The position numbers and the translations under genes were made by a program. Positions 28,901-40,900 of a stretch of 64,000 bases of DNA are shown piece by piece. Under the pieces are notes generated by a model, which was not told the DNA's origin, did no database searches, and worked only from the letters and a program-made list of their open reading frames with translations. This DNA is from Glycera tridactyla. Its lineage: Eukaryota. Positions within the stretch are counted from its first letter, which is position 1, and the number at the start of each line of letters is the position of its first letter. Where the stretch lies: contig OZ286462.1 in NCBI GenBank assembly GCA_965644265.1, positions 32,860,001 through 32,924,000 on the forward strand, in the 5' to 3' direction.

Positions 28901-31900
28901 ATAGGAATTGAGAAAAAGTAGACCACCTCCAATGTTTCGAAGCAACATTTGCTTGGATTCGAAAATTACATTTTGGATCCAGCTGTAACTGTTCACATAC
29001 AGCTGACGGAAAAGAGTGATGGAGATTCACCTTTTCGACCTGGGCTGCATATGGACAGTCTTATCCAGTATGCCAACATGATACATGCATGGAGAGGACC
29101 TGAAATGGACACATCCCATGCTCAGTGTGGATAAAGCAAATTTATTGCTGATCGAGAACCTCAGCTAAGTAGTTCCACAGCCAATTAACAATATCGTAAA
29201 TATAGTGACTCAATGGAGGGATGGTATGTTGATATTTGTGTTTACCATTATTGTGCAGTGTCAGGTGTAACTGAGGCAACAGTTGATGATTCGACCTCGA
29301 AAGGATTTAGTGAAGGTGATTTTTTGCTGATTGGCTTGGTCTCTCTCCACCCTGCCATCATGAATAAGATATAACATTTAGTTGCACTGTTCAGTGAGAA
29401 AGTCTGGAGAGCACTAGCTTAGCTAAAGAGATGGTGAAGTCAGACCACCTCTGATATTTTGAAGAAACATTCGCTTGTCCTCAAAAATCGGATGTTGGAT
29501 CTGTCTGTAAGTGTTCATATGCAGCTGAAAGTAAAGGGTGGAGATGTACCAGTTTGACTTGAGCTGCATATGAACAGTCCTGCCGAGCACGCCAATACTA
29601 TTCATGCATCAGAAGAACCTGATTAAGGTACATTCTATGCTCAGTGTGGGCGAATCTATTTCATTGCTATTTGATAACACCAGTTAGATAGATACAAACC
29701 AATGAACAATTCTGAATCTTTCGATAAAGTAGGGAAAATGGTCGCAGACATGGTTTTGGTATCATGACGTGTTATTACCATTCTTGCACAAGTTTTTCAC
29801 ATGCTTTAGTGGTGCATGATTCATTATCATCATCATCATCAGATGTGCATCACTGATAATTGTCTCCTAATCTTTAAGGTTCTTGTCCAAATCACTTTGA
29901 CACATCATCCTTTTGACATATCATCTACAGGAGATTGATGCTTCACATACCATGCCTACTAATTCAATATTAGTGCACTATCAGCGTTTGTAGCACACTA
30001 TCATTATATCCACATCAGACAAATAGAAAATGAATTCCTGAACCCATCTGCAACCAATTCAGATTTTAGTAGAACACTCCTCTCATTTCAACAAAGGCAT
30101 TGAGGAGTTTGCTGATTATTATCTGTGTAACTGCAATTAGTGAAGGCATCAGTCACATTGGCTTACCATGCACTTGGTTACATGGTAGTGAGAAACAGGA
30201 TCATGTGTGATAGGCTCGATGCATACCTTTATCAAGATGCAAAAAGCATGACATGATATGGTATCAGAGTGTCATGCGGTACTCATACTATTACATGGTG
30301 AGAGGGTGTTGATATTCTTCTTTACCATTATTGTGCAGTGTCAGGTGTCACTGAGGCAACTGTCGATGATTTGACCACAGTAGAAGTCAGCGAAGGTGAG
30401 TTTTGGCTGATTGGCTTGGCATATCTCCACTCATACCATCACCAACAGAATATGCTATTTATTTGCACTTTCCTGTCAGAAGACCTTGGGCGCACTGGCT
30501 TAGCCATAGGAATTGGGAAAAAGTAGACCACCTCAAATATTTCGAAGCAACATCTGCTTGAATTAAAAAATTACATTTTGGATCCAGCTGTAACTGTTCA
30601 CATACAGCTGACGGAAAAGAGTGATGGAGATTCACCTTTTCGACCTGGGCTGCATATGGACAGTCTTATCCAGTATGCCAACATGATACATGCATGAAGA
30701 GAACCTGAAATGGACACATCCCATGCTCAGTGTGGATAAATCAAATTCATTGCTGATCGAGAACCTCAGCTAAGTAGTTCCACAGCCAATTAACAATATC
30801 GTAAATATAGTGACTCAATGGAGGGATGGTATGTTGATATTTGTGTTTACCATTATTGTGCAGTGTCAGGTGTAACTGAGGCAACAGTTGATGATTCGAC
30901 CTCGAAAGGATTTAGTGAAGGTGAGTTTGGGCTGATTGGCTTGGTCTCTCTCCACCCTGCCATCATAATTAAGATATAACATTCAGTTGCACTGTTCAGT
31001 GAGAAAGTCTGGAGAGCACTAGCTTAGCTAAAAAGATGGGGAAGTCAGACCACCTCTGATATTTTGAAGCAACATTCACTTGTCCTCAAAAATCGGATGT
31101 TGGATCTGTCTGTAAGTGTTCATATGCAGCTGACGGAAAAGAGTGATGGAGATTCACCTTTTCGAATTGACACAGCAATACTATACATGCATCAGAAGAA
31201 CCTGATTTAGGTACATCCCATGCTCAGTGTGGTCGAATCTATTTCATTGCTATTTGATCACACCAATTAGCTAGATACAAACCGATGATCAATACTGAAT
31301 AAATAGAATACGGTCAGAAAAATTATATCCTAGGTATCCGTCAGGCTCGTATCTCCATGCCAATCCGTATGAAAAGCTATGATAAGACAATGGTTTTTGC
31401 CCCTGTGTATCAACAATGATGCAAACATATATGCCCCCTCCTGGCTTACTCCTTCAAAGCGTTCTCCACTCATCAATTCTCTCTCTCTTCATATTCCAAC
31501 CAATCCTTATCTTCACAAGTACATTCATAACCATATATCTATTCATCCATGTCATTCTATGATTTAATGTTTTGGTACCATGTCTTGTCATTACCACTAT
31601 TGATTTATTTTTTCACATGCTTCTTAGTTGTGCATGATTCATCATCCTCATCATTTGTTCATCATTGACAATCATTAGCTGATCAGTACTCTTCTCCTCC
31701 TGGTCATTCTGTCCGATCATCTTCCCATTGAATCAAGCAGAGGAGATTGATAGCTTGGATGACATGCCCACTGATCTAATACTAGCTGACTATCAGCTTT
31801 TTCAGCAAACTGTTATCATAGGAATTATTTGACAAATTTGATGGTTTGTACACAACCTCTTTCTGATTACGTTACGATTATTCTTCACATTTCATGAGGG

Positions 31901-34900
31901 ACACTCTCTTCAGGCAGAGATGTGCTTCGCAAGTCACAGACCAAAATATCGCAAACATCAGTAATCTGAATCCATTGAAGAGATTGCAGTCAACTGGTTA
32001 CATGGTAGCTGGAGACTACATAACATGTGATGGGCTATGTGCATACCATCCTGGTTATTTATTCTTCAGTCCCTCAATGGAACACCCAAGAGAGAATGAT
32101 GAGATTGATTCCGGTTTCTGTTAGAATTATTTCTTGAATATCATGTGGGGCATTCCCTTCGAAAAGTGAGAGGGATGTGCTTCACAGCTTGCAATACAGA
32201 GAAATGAGGAGGTCCAGAGATCACTGACTTCTGATATTTCAAAGCAGCTGCTAGATGTCTCTGGATAGCACAAGCGTAGCTCTGATCGGGCTCATATCAT
32301 CTCAGATATATCGAATCCCCAATTTTAGTCTCGACTGCATATAACCCGCCCCATTGGCCACGACATTATCGTCTAAGCATTAGGAGAGCCTGAAACAACT
32401 ACGGTCAATATGTATGCAATGACTACCCTCGGTCGCATATTCTCTTTCAATGTATCTGTCTCCTCATGGGACGCCTCCTTCCAAACAGGGTCGAGTGTCA
32501 CAGTTCTATACGAAACATCCTCTCCAGAGAGAGATGGGAGGGGGGGTTCACCATGTGTCGCTCAAAGGATCACGAACTACAATTTCAAATGGTTGGAGCA
32601 ATCACTGCATTTGCTCAAGACGTTTGCCGAAATGAGTCACCTGATGGCATAGTACCACATCACATTCCTGGATGCCTGCGTCGGGATTTATATAATGGTG
32701 ACTAGGAGTCCTATGGTTTCAGCTATGATCTTACAGCTTACCGACAGCTTTACTCGGAAATGGCATATTGATTTGATTTCATTTTCCATTCTTTTGCAGT
32801 GTCAGGAGTGACAGAAGAACCAGTGGATTCAACCCCAGTAGGAGTGAGTGAAGGTGAGTGTTGGCTGATTGGCCTTGTATTGGTCCACCATGCTATCATC
32901 GATGGGATATCACATCAGGTCACACTGTTTGATTGTGAAGCTTACCTCCGCAATGCATCCAGCAGTAGGAGCTAGAGCGATAAGATCACATGCGAATCAT
33001 GAGAGCGTCAATCTCAGTCCTGATCAGTCACTTCGGTTATCTAGTCGTCGGTTATCTAGTCAATGGGAACTTCGTGGAATGCAGATATTGAGTGAATCGT
33101 GTAAATTCATCAATCTCATGGGACTGTGCCATTGAGCGCAAATTAGTCATGTTCGGAAAATAAATTCCTGCTGATTTCGTCGATTAGCCATGATGTGATT
33201 TGTTTCCGTCAACTGCATCTTCAGGCACACCTGATTGAGCTCAAAATGCTTATTGCTTCGATAAATACATAGAAATCCCATTCACATCTTTGCTTGTGAA
33301 CACGGTCGACATATGAGCACAAAGTATGTATGAAGCTTTCATTCACATATATCATCAAGATCGTTTCAATATCCTTGTACTTCTCGAAGAAATTGAATTC
33401 ACTGATGATGAGAAAAAAAAGGTTTGCAAGAATGGCTGTCTACATTGTTCATCAATCCTATGAAAAGGGTTGCAGTTACTCTGTGATTATAATATTTGCA
33501 CGATTTCATGTCAGATGGAAGCACATAAATCTCAGAATTTCAAAAAAGGATCTGTGATCAGGGTCGGTAAAATTACATGAGTTGCATAATCGTATCTTAA
33601 GCTATGTATGTGGTCACCCATGATATTACCAATTGCCATATAAACTACAACCCTATTAGGCATGCTTATGCCGAGTATGCGTGAAAGGATTATGAAACAA
33701 GTACATTCCATGAGTAGTGTGATCGCAAATATTTCAATATATTGAACAGTCACTTCGACGAGGCAGTCACAAACATATTGATGAATAAAGTCTTCATGAC
33801 ATGTAGATCCTTGTGCCCCTGACTCGCTCCGCCTGAGGGTCCACTACTGATCTGAGTCTTCTTTTCTATCTATCCTGGCTATATCCCTGCCATTCGCAAT
33901 TGCATGGAAATAAATTGTGGGTGATTTTCTTCATGCTAAGCTACGGGTTATGACAGCAATATCCTGTCTTTATCATGTGGTACCATCATGTGGACTAGTA
34001 TCTCACGTGCTTTTCAGAGGGATGAGATTTGCAGTCCCCATCATCTGGACATTACTAATGATCGACTACTAATTATGAATCTGGGCATTCTGATTATTGT
34101 GACTTTTATATTCCTCGCATAAAACAAAGAGAATTATATGATGTTGGGGCATCAGCTATTCTATCCAATTTTGATTCTTTTGAACTGTAGCATGAGCATT
34201 TCAAAATTGAGAACTCAAACCAATTCTATTGGTTGAGATAATTTCTACTTCTCTAGACATCCCCTGTCCCTTCAGAGAGGAATGGGCGTAAATACTCGCG
34301 GTTCGAGAACACTCAAACTGAGTGGATATCTCATATATATTTGTATATATAGCTAGATACCGTTGAAACATTGGGTGGATTCCATACATATCTGCCTCAT
34401 GGTGGAGATGATAATCGCTTGGTAGAGGAGTCAATGCAAACAATTGTTATGGTTTCGCAGTGAAATATATAGCATACAGAATATTCCACATGGAAATAGA
34501 ATACTGAACCCCATCTTCATCATTATTGTGCAGTTTCTGGTGTGACAGAATCAGAAGATGATGACGATTCAACGACAGCAGCTGTCACTGAAGGTGAGAT
34601 TGGCTGTTTTGCTGGATGCTTGTTCACTCCTACAATCAGCATTGAAATAGCATATTTCTCTGCACCAACTAGCAAGAAGCCCTGGACATATCGCGGTGAA
34701 CCAGATCGATCTGATATCGAGAACTCTCCACTCACCTGTATTCAAAAAAAAAGATCAGATATCGAGTTTTAAATTTCCATATGCAGCAAACAGTGAATGA
34801 TTAGGGAGGAGTCTTGCACGAACAGTTCTTACAAGCATGCTATACCATGTATGCATGACATGAACATAAAATAAGTACGTTCATTGGGAATGTGATGACC

Positions 34901-37900
34901 TCAATACTGATCGACCCCTCGACTGAGTGGTCATAGACCAATTAACAAATTAAGTCTTAATGAAAAATAATGATCTCGCAAGAATGCCATAATGTGATGA
35001 TCCTTGTTTCCCCAACTCGCTCCACTGGTGGGTTCATAAGTAGTCGGGGTTTCTTTCTTTATCTATCCTAGCCATAGCATTGCCATTTGTTTCTGCATGC
35101 ACATCAGTTGTATGGAGTTTGGGATCATTTGCCCACGGCTATGAGGGCGATGACCCTTCCTCCTAATACCGAATAACAAGCTCCAAATTTTGCCAGTATG
35201 CATTTTGATAATTTTGGACTTTTTCTTGCTCGGAGAAACAAAAAAGAATTGATGGCTTTGGCCTCATGCCTACTGATATGATTGTCTTGTTTTCCACATA
35301 TCTGTATGGAACTACCCCCTCTGAATAGAAATATGGTCAACTACTGCCATGGAATCGTGGACAATATTGACTCAAATCGTGTGACTTGTTCGAGGAGTCA
35401 CTGCAAAGATTTGATAAAGTTTTGTGGTACGAGATACAGCACACAAAATGTATTACCAAAAAGTTGTACGCTGATTCTTGTGTTCATCATTATTGTGCAG
35501 TATCTGGTGCGACTGATCCAGAAGGTGATGACGATTTGACAACAGCAGCAGTCACTGAAGGTGAGATTCGAGTGATTTGCTGCATACTTCTTCATTCCTA
35601 CTATCGGCAGTAAAATAGCACATATCACGGCACTGACGAGCGAAATATTCTGGTTATATCCGGATCCGCGATCGGGGTACTCACTAATCGTTTCTAAAAG
35701 CATTTGTGTAGATCCCAAAATCCGATCAGATATCTGGTCATGATATTCCATATGCATCAAATGATGAGCCACTCTGACCGAGTCGTCACAAACAATTTAA
35801 TGATTAAGGTCTTCATGGCAAGTAGTCATTTTGTAAGTTTGCCACCCTCCCCCTGACTCACTCCACACCACAAAGTCGGGTTCCTTTCTTATATCCTTGC
35901 CATATTACTGCCAATCCCAACTATGTGTATAAAGATAGTGTGTGGTCTTGCTCTGGTTTGTGTATATTGTTTTTTCAATTTTACATTTTGGGTTTTTCCT
36001 GCATCTAAGCTTGTCATATTGTTTCCAATCCCTAATTCGCATGTATAAATAGTGTGGGGCTTTAGGATACTTTGCTCTGGGTAATGGAAGTAGCTACTTG
36101 GTATATTGTTTTCCACTCACTTGTTTTTATAATATTGACAGGTTTGTCGTTAGCCCATCAGTAAAGTGAGAATTATAATATTCATCATAAAGGTATTACT
36201 AGCAATCACCTCCTAATTATGATTGTATGCATTGTTATAATCTGGATCTGCTCTTCCCCAGAGAAACCAAGAAAATTGTTGGTGATTGGGTATCCGGTTC
36301 TTTATCATTAATATTCTCCCTTGGTCAAATTCTTCTCTGTGTAGTGACATTTAAAATTCATATGGGCATACTGACTATAAGCCTCCAACCAAGACTGTGT
36401 GCATCATTGGTCATTTTCATCTTTCTCTTCAACGAAAACACGAGGAAATCGATCACGTGGGCCTCATGCCTACTGATATGATGTCGAGACATCGGTCATC
36501 CTATCGAATTTTATTCACAGAAGCATGCAGAATTTCGATAAAAAATGTGTACCAGTTATCTTGTTCGACACCTCTTGAAGAGGTATATGTGTAACTACTT
36601 GCAGTTCATGGAATCACAGACAATTGAAAATTCAGGCAAAAAAAGACCACATGTTTGTGGATATGTAGCTTGACACTATTTTGTATTTGGTGGAGTCCAT
36701 GCATATCTCCATCATGACTGAAATAATAGTAACTTGACAGAGGGATCAATGCAAATACCTGATATGCATTCAGAGCAAAGGATATAGAATCCAAAATTAT
36801 GACATGGGAATGGTATGCTGACTTTTGTTTTCAACGTTATTGTACAGTGACTGGTGCGAATGATTCAGAAGATGATGACGATTTGACAACAGTGGCAATC
36901 ACTGAAGGTGAGATTCGACTGATTCGATGTATACTTGGTCATGCATACTATCAGTACCGAACTAGCATATATCACCTCACCGACTAGCGAGATGTTATAG
37001 TCATATCTGGCTCAACCAGAAACATCGGAGAACGAGATATCCACCAAATTCTCAATGATCTGATTACTTCAAAATCAGATCGGATTTGTGGGTATCATAT
37101 CCCATATGCACTGAACAGTGAGCATTTAGGGAGCATTTTTGCCACTGATCAGCCACTTTGACAGAATAGTCACAAACCAGTCAATAACCAGGGTCCCCAT
37201 GGCAAGTAGTGACTTTGTAAGTCCGTCATAACATGATGATCCTTATCCCCCAACTCACTCCACATAAGGGCTCACTACTAACTTGTCATTTGTTTTTTTT
37301 ATCCTCCCAATATTGCTGTCAATCCCTAGTGCATGCATATGAATGTGTGGTTTGAGGACACTTTGCTGTGGGTTATGGAGGTGGGAACTCGATATATTGT
37401 TTTTCAATCTTCTCAGTGAAATGACAATTTTTGAACGCATTATAAGGGTATTACGTACAATCAGCTCCTAATTACGAGTGTATGCATTGAGAAAATGTTG
37501 GTCTCTAACTTCCCCGAAGAAACAAACAAAATCGTAGTTGACTCATCTATACCAAATATACCAGTTATCCTGTTGGGATTGATTTTCACATGTCCGAATG
37601 GGACACCTCCTTTCGAAGAGGAATATGCGTATTCACTTGCAGTTCATGAAACCACAGACAATAGGAATTGAATCTAGGTAAAGGCAATATATTTGTGAAT
37701 ATGTAGCTGGACACCATTTTATATTTGGTGGACTCCATGCATATCTCCATCATGACTGAAATAAAAGTTGGAGGAATCAATGCAAATACCTGACATGCAT
37801 TCAGAGCAAAGGATATAGAATTCAAAATTATGACATGGGAATGGTATGCTGACTTCTGTTTTCAACGTTATTGTACATTGACTGGTGCGACTGATTCAGG

Positions 37901-40900
37901 AGATGATGACGATTTGACAACAGTGGCAATCACTGAAGGTGAGATTCGACTGATTTGATGCATTCTTGTTCATGCATACTATCAGCAACGAAATACCATA
38001 TATCACTGCACGGAATAGCTAGATCGTCATGTATACTATTCCTAGCCAGAAAAATCTGAGATCGAGATCTCCATCATTATTCCTATACACCAAATATTGA
38101 GTGATGAGGGGGAAGGTTTGCTACAGCTTGAGCTGCACATGAACCTATCAAGAATGCTTATGCCAAAAAGATCGACGAAACAACTAACTGTCATGTTTAT
38201 TGTGGATAATATCCTGGTGTTCATTATCTTTTATTGTCCCTTGGGTTAGTTTTTTACATGCTTCTCTGTATTGTGAGATCTATAATTTGCATCATATGGG
38301 CAATACTAACAATGAGCTCCGACTTGTGATCTTATGCATTATTGGTTATTTTGGTCTTTCACTTCATTGAGGGAACAAAGAAATTGATAGCATAGGCCTC
38401 ATGCCTACTGATATGATACTGACAGCCATTTTATCTTTTTCTTTCAATCAACCTGCTACAGAAGCACGCAGGATTCGAGAACTCGGTTATCTTTGCAGTT
38501 CATAATATCATAGAAATAGAAATATATATTTGTCGATGTGCAGCTAGACACCATCTTACATTCGGTGGACTCCGTGGATATGAGCATCATGATTGAAACG
38601 TGGTGGAGAAGTCAACGTAGATATTCAACATGACTTGAGATAGAAAGATACAGAATACAAAACGTATTATAGGAAATGGTATGCTGATTTTTGTGTGTTC
38701 ACCATTATTGTGCAGTAACTGGTGTGAATGATTCAGAAGTTGATGGAAATTTGACAACAGCAGCAATCACTGAAGGTGAGATTGACCTGATTTGCTGGAT
38801 ACTTGTTCACCTATACCATAGGCAGTGAAATAGCATATATCACTGCACCGATCAGCGAGAAATCTTTGATATCTCTGAGTCAGCCAGTATGATCTGATAT
38901 CGAGAGCTCCACATTTCCGTGGATTTCAAAATCAGATCAGATACATGGCTTTGAAATGTCCGAAATATCAGAAAGTGTAAGATGAGGGAGAATTCTGACT
39001 ACAGATTACGCTGCAAAACAGTCGTAAAATACGTGCTGATACCGTACATGTATGACAGATACATCAATCAAGTACATCAGATGTTCAGTGGGAATTTGAC
39101 GATTTTACCATTGAACGACCACTTCGACTAAGTAGTCACAAGCCAATGGACAGATACAGTCATCTTGCGAATTTGCCATGATGTAACTATCCATATTTTC
39201 CTGGCTCGCCCTACCCGAGGGTTCTCTGCTAATTTGGGACTTTTCAACATATATCCTTGCCATATTAATGACATTCATTTCTGCATTCATACAACTAGTG
39301 TATGATCCTAGGATGCTGTGTTCTGGGGTATGGAGCAGCGACTCGGGATCCTGATTATTCATCAACTAGTGTCATTACTGTGAGAGTTAACATCCTCATA
39401 TGTGCATTATACCAATGATTGGTTTCGAATTGTGACTTTATATGCATCCTGGTCTATTTCGCATTTCACTTCCTTTATTGACAAAGAAAACCGATGTCAT
39501 AAGCCTCCTGACTACTCATATCAGTTGAGACATCAGCTGTTCTATCATCATTCATTCCCATCAACCTGTGGCACAGGCATGCCAAATTTGAGAACTTAAA
39601 TGGCACCGATTCACTGGATGTCATTGATGTCCACATCCCTATCTGGAACAGCACCCTTTGACTAAAAATGAGAGTGACGACTTGCAATTCATGAAGTCAC
39701 AGACAAGTAAAAAGATCATGATATTTTGTGTATGTAGTACATATAGCTGGGCACCATGCAAGCTTGCATTGAGATCCAAATGGTAGTGACTCGATGAAGG
39801 AGGCAAAGCGATTAACACATAAGGTTCCGGAGTGACGGGAACATTATGAAAATATATTATATTAATATGATATGTTGATTTTCGTATTGACCGATATTGC
39901 GCAATTTTAGGTGTGACCGAAGAAGCAGTTGATGATTTGACAACAGAGGCAGTCACTGAAGGTGAGTTGCAGCTGATTGGATTAGATTGGATTATTTTTA
40001 TTTTTCACTCCACATGGGAAATCTGTTGAACCATTTCTCCCTTTACTAGACTGCATGAAACATATTTACAACAACAGAACAAATACAATAGGAGATGAAA
40101 GAAGTCATGATAACATATATATTATTAACACAGTTCAATGTAAAATGCGGTCATAATGAAGACACTACCAGGCAAGGATGTTCAATCTCGATTCACATAT
40201 TAGATCAAAAATATGCCTACAGCATCCAGTATGATGTGTGATACTATATATTCGACAGGCATATGATGTTACACAACCACCACTACATACACTTACACGA
40301 TACTTACGCTGTGAACAAGGGTTAAGGTTGAAATCTAAAAATATCACACAATCACTGAAGAACAATGTGTACAGTTATGTTCAAATTCACACGTAAAGAA
40401 TAGGAAATAAGTAACCAAAGGTCTGAATAGAAGATAAGTGACCAAAGGTATGCTTGACCAAAGTCAACATTTGCCAACGGCTCCCTTATTTCATCACCGA
40501 ACTTCACCAAATAAAAAACAAAAAAGGCTAATGTTTCCAAACCAGTCTGGCGAGTATAGGCCACCCATAATTGTGAAGCTGGCTTGAAGTTGACATCGGT
40601 CGACATCGGTCGATTATTCTCAGAATCCCACGCCTTCCCTTTTCTCAAGTGCTGCACTTCGTTAAAAAAAGCATTGCTATCAGGCCTGAGTGTCATTTTG
40701 TGTTCGGGGTTTGTGAGGAAGATGTCTGCAGGAAGCGAACATCTAGTTTTCACTGACTAGGAACACACGGGATACTAACCCCATGGTTGATACATGCCGT
40801 TAGACCAAACAAAATCGCTCCTGTCAAAGTACAGTGAAAGATGCAAAAAAAAGCACACACGCACATACCAACACTCTCTCAATTCACTGCATTGCGTTCG

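Larger units (their letters stand above)
5765..31300 (+). repeat. Tandem array of 16 exon-intron units (1580-1687 bp), each with exon A + 440-470 bp intron + exon B + ~1.0-1.1 kb intron
   Basis: Exon-A starts are spaced 1683, 1580, 1686, 1580, 1687, 1682, 1686, 1580, 1687, 1682, 1608, 1610, 1610, 1608 and 1605 bp apart. Units are near-identical by eye, introns included. Confidence 0.98.
32700..40000 (+). repeat. Older diverged exon-intron repeat units flanking the homogeneous array
   Basis: Shared intron blocks recur (e.g. gatcctt...actc.ctcc... near 33810, 35000, 35850, 37240; atgcctactgatatg). 36590-36960 and 37620-37990 form a close pair. Confidence 0.8.

Noticed and set aside
5755-30526. 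Repeated 115-135-aa ORFs (MSGVTEATVDD...; MHFPVRRPW...; minus-strand MNSIGVLGR...) as a tandem gene family
   Set aside because: Only the first 57 nt are bounded by splice sites. The remainder runs through a gtgagt donor, and sister copies have frameshifts and stops at different places (units 3, 6, 7, 12, 13, 15, 16), as expected for intron sequence.
5765-31300. CRISPR array, rDNA or histone-type repeat
   Set aside because: Units are 1.6 kb with no short repeat/unique spacer pattern and no rRNA or histone motifs; the context is a spliced eukaryotic gene.
32070-32114. Expected repeat exon after unit 16 (tcttcag|TCCCTC...TTCCG|gtttct)
   Set aside because: Flanking intron homology is present, but the segment does not resemble the repeat exon and the donor is poor; probably deleted or decayed.
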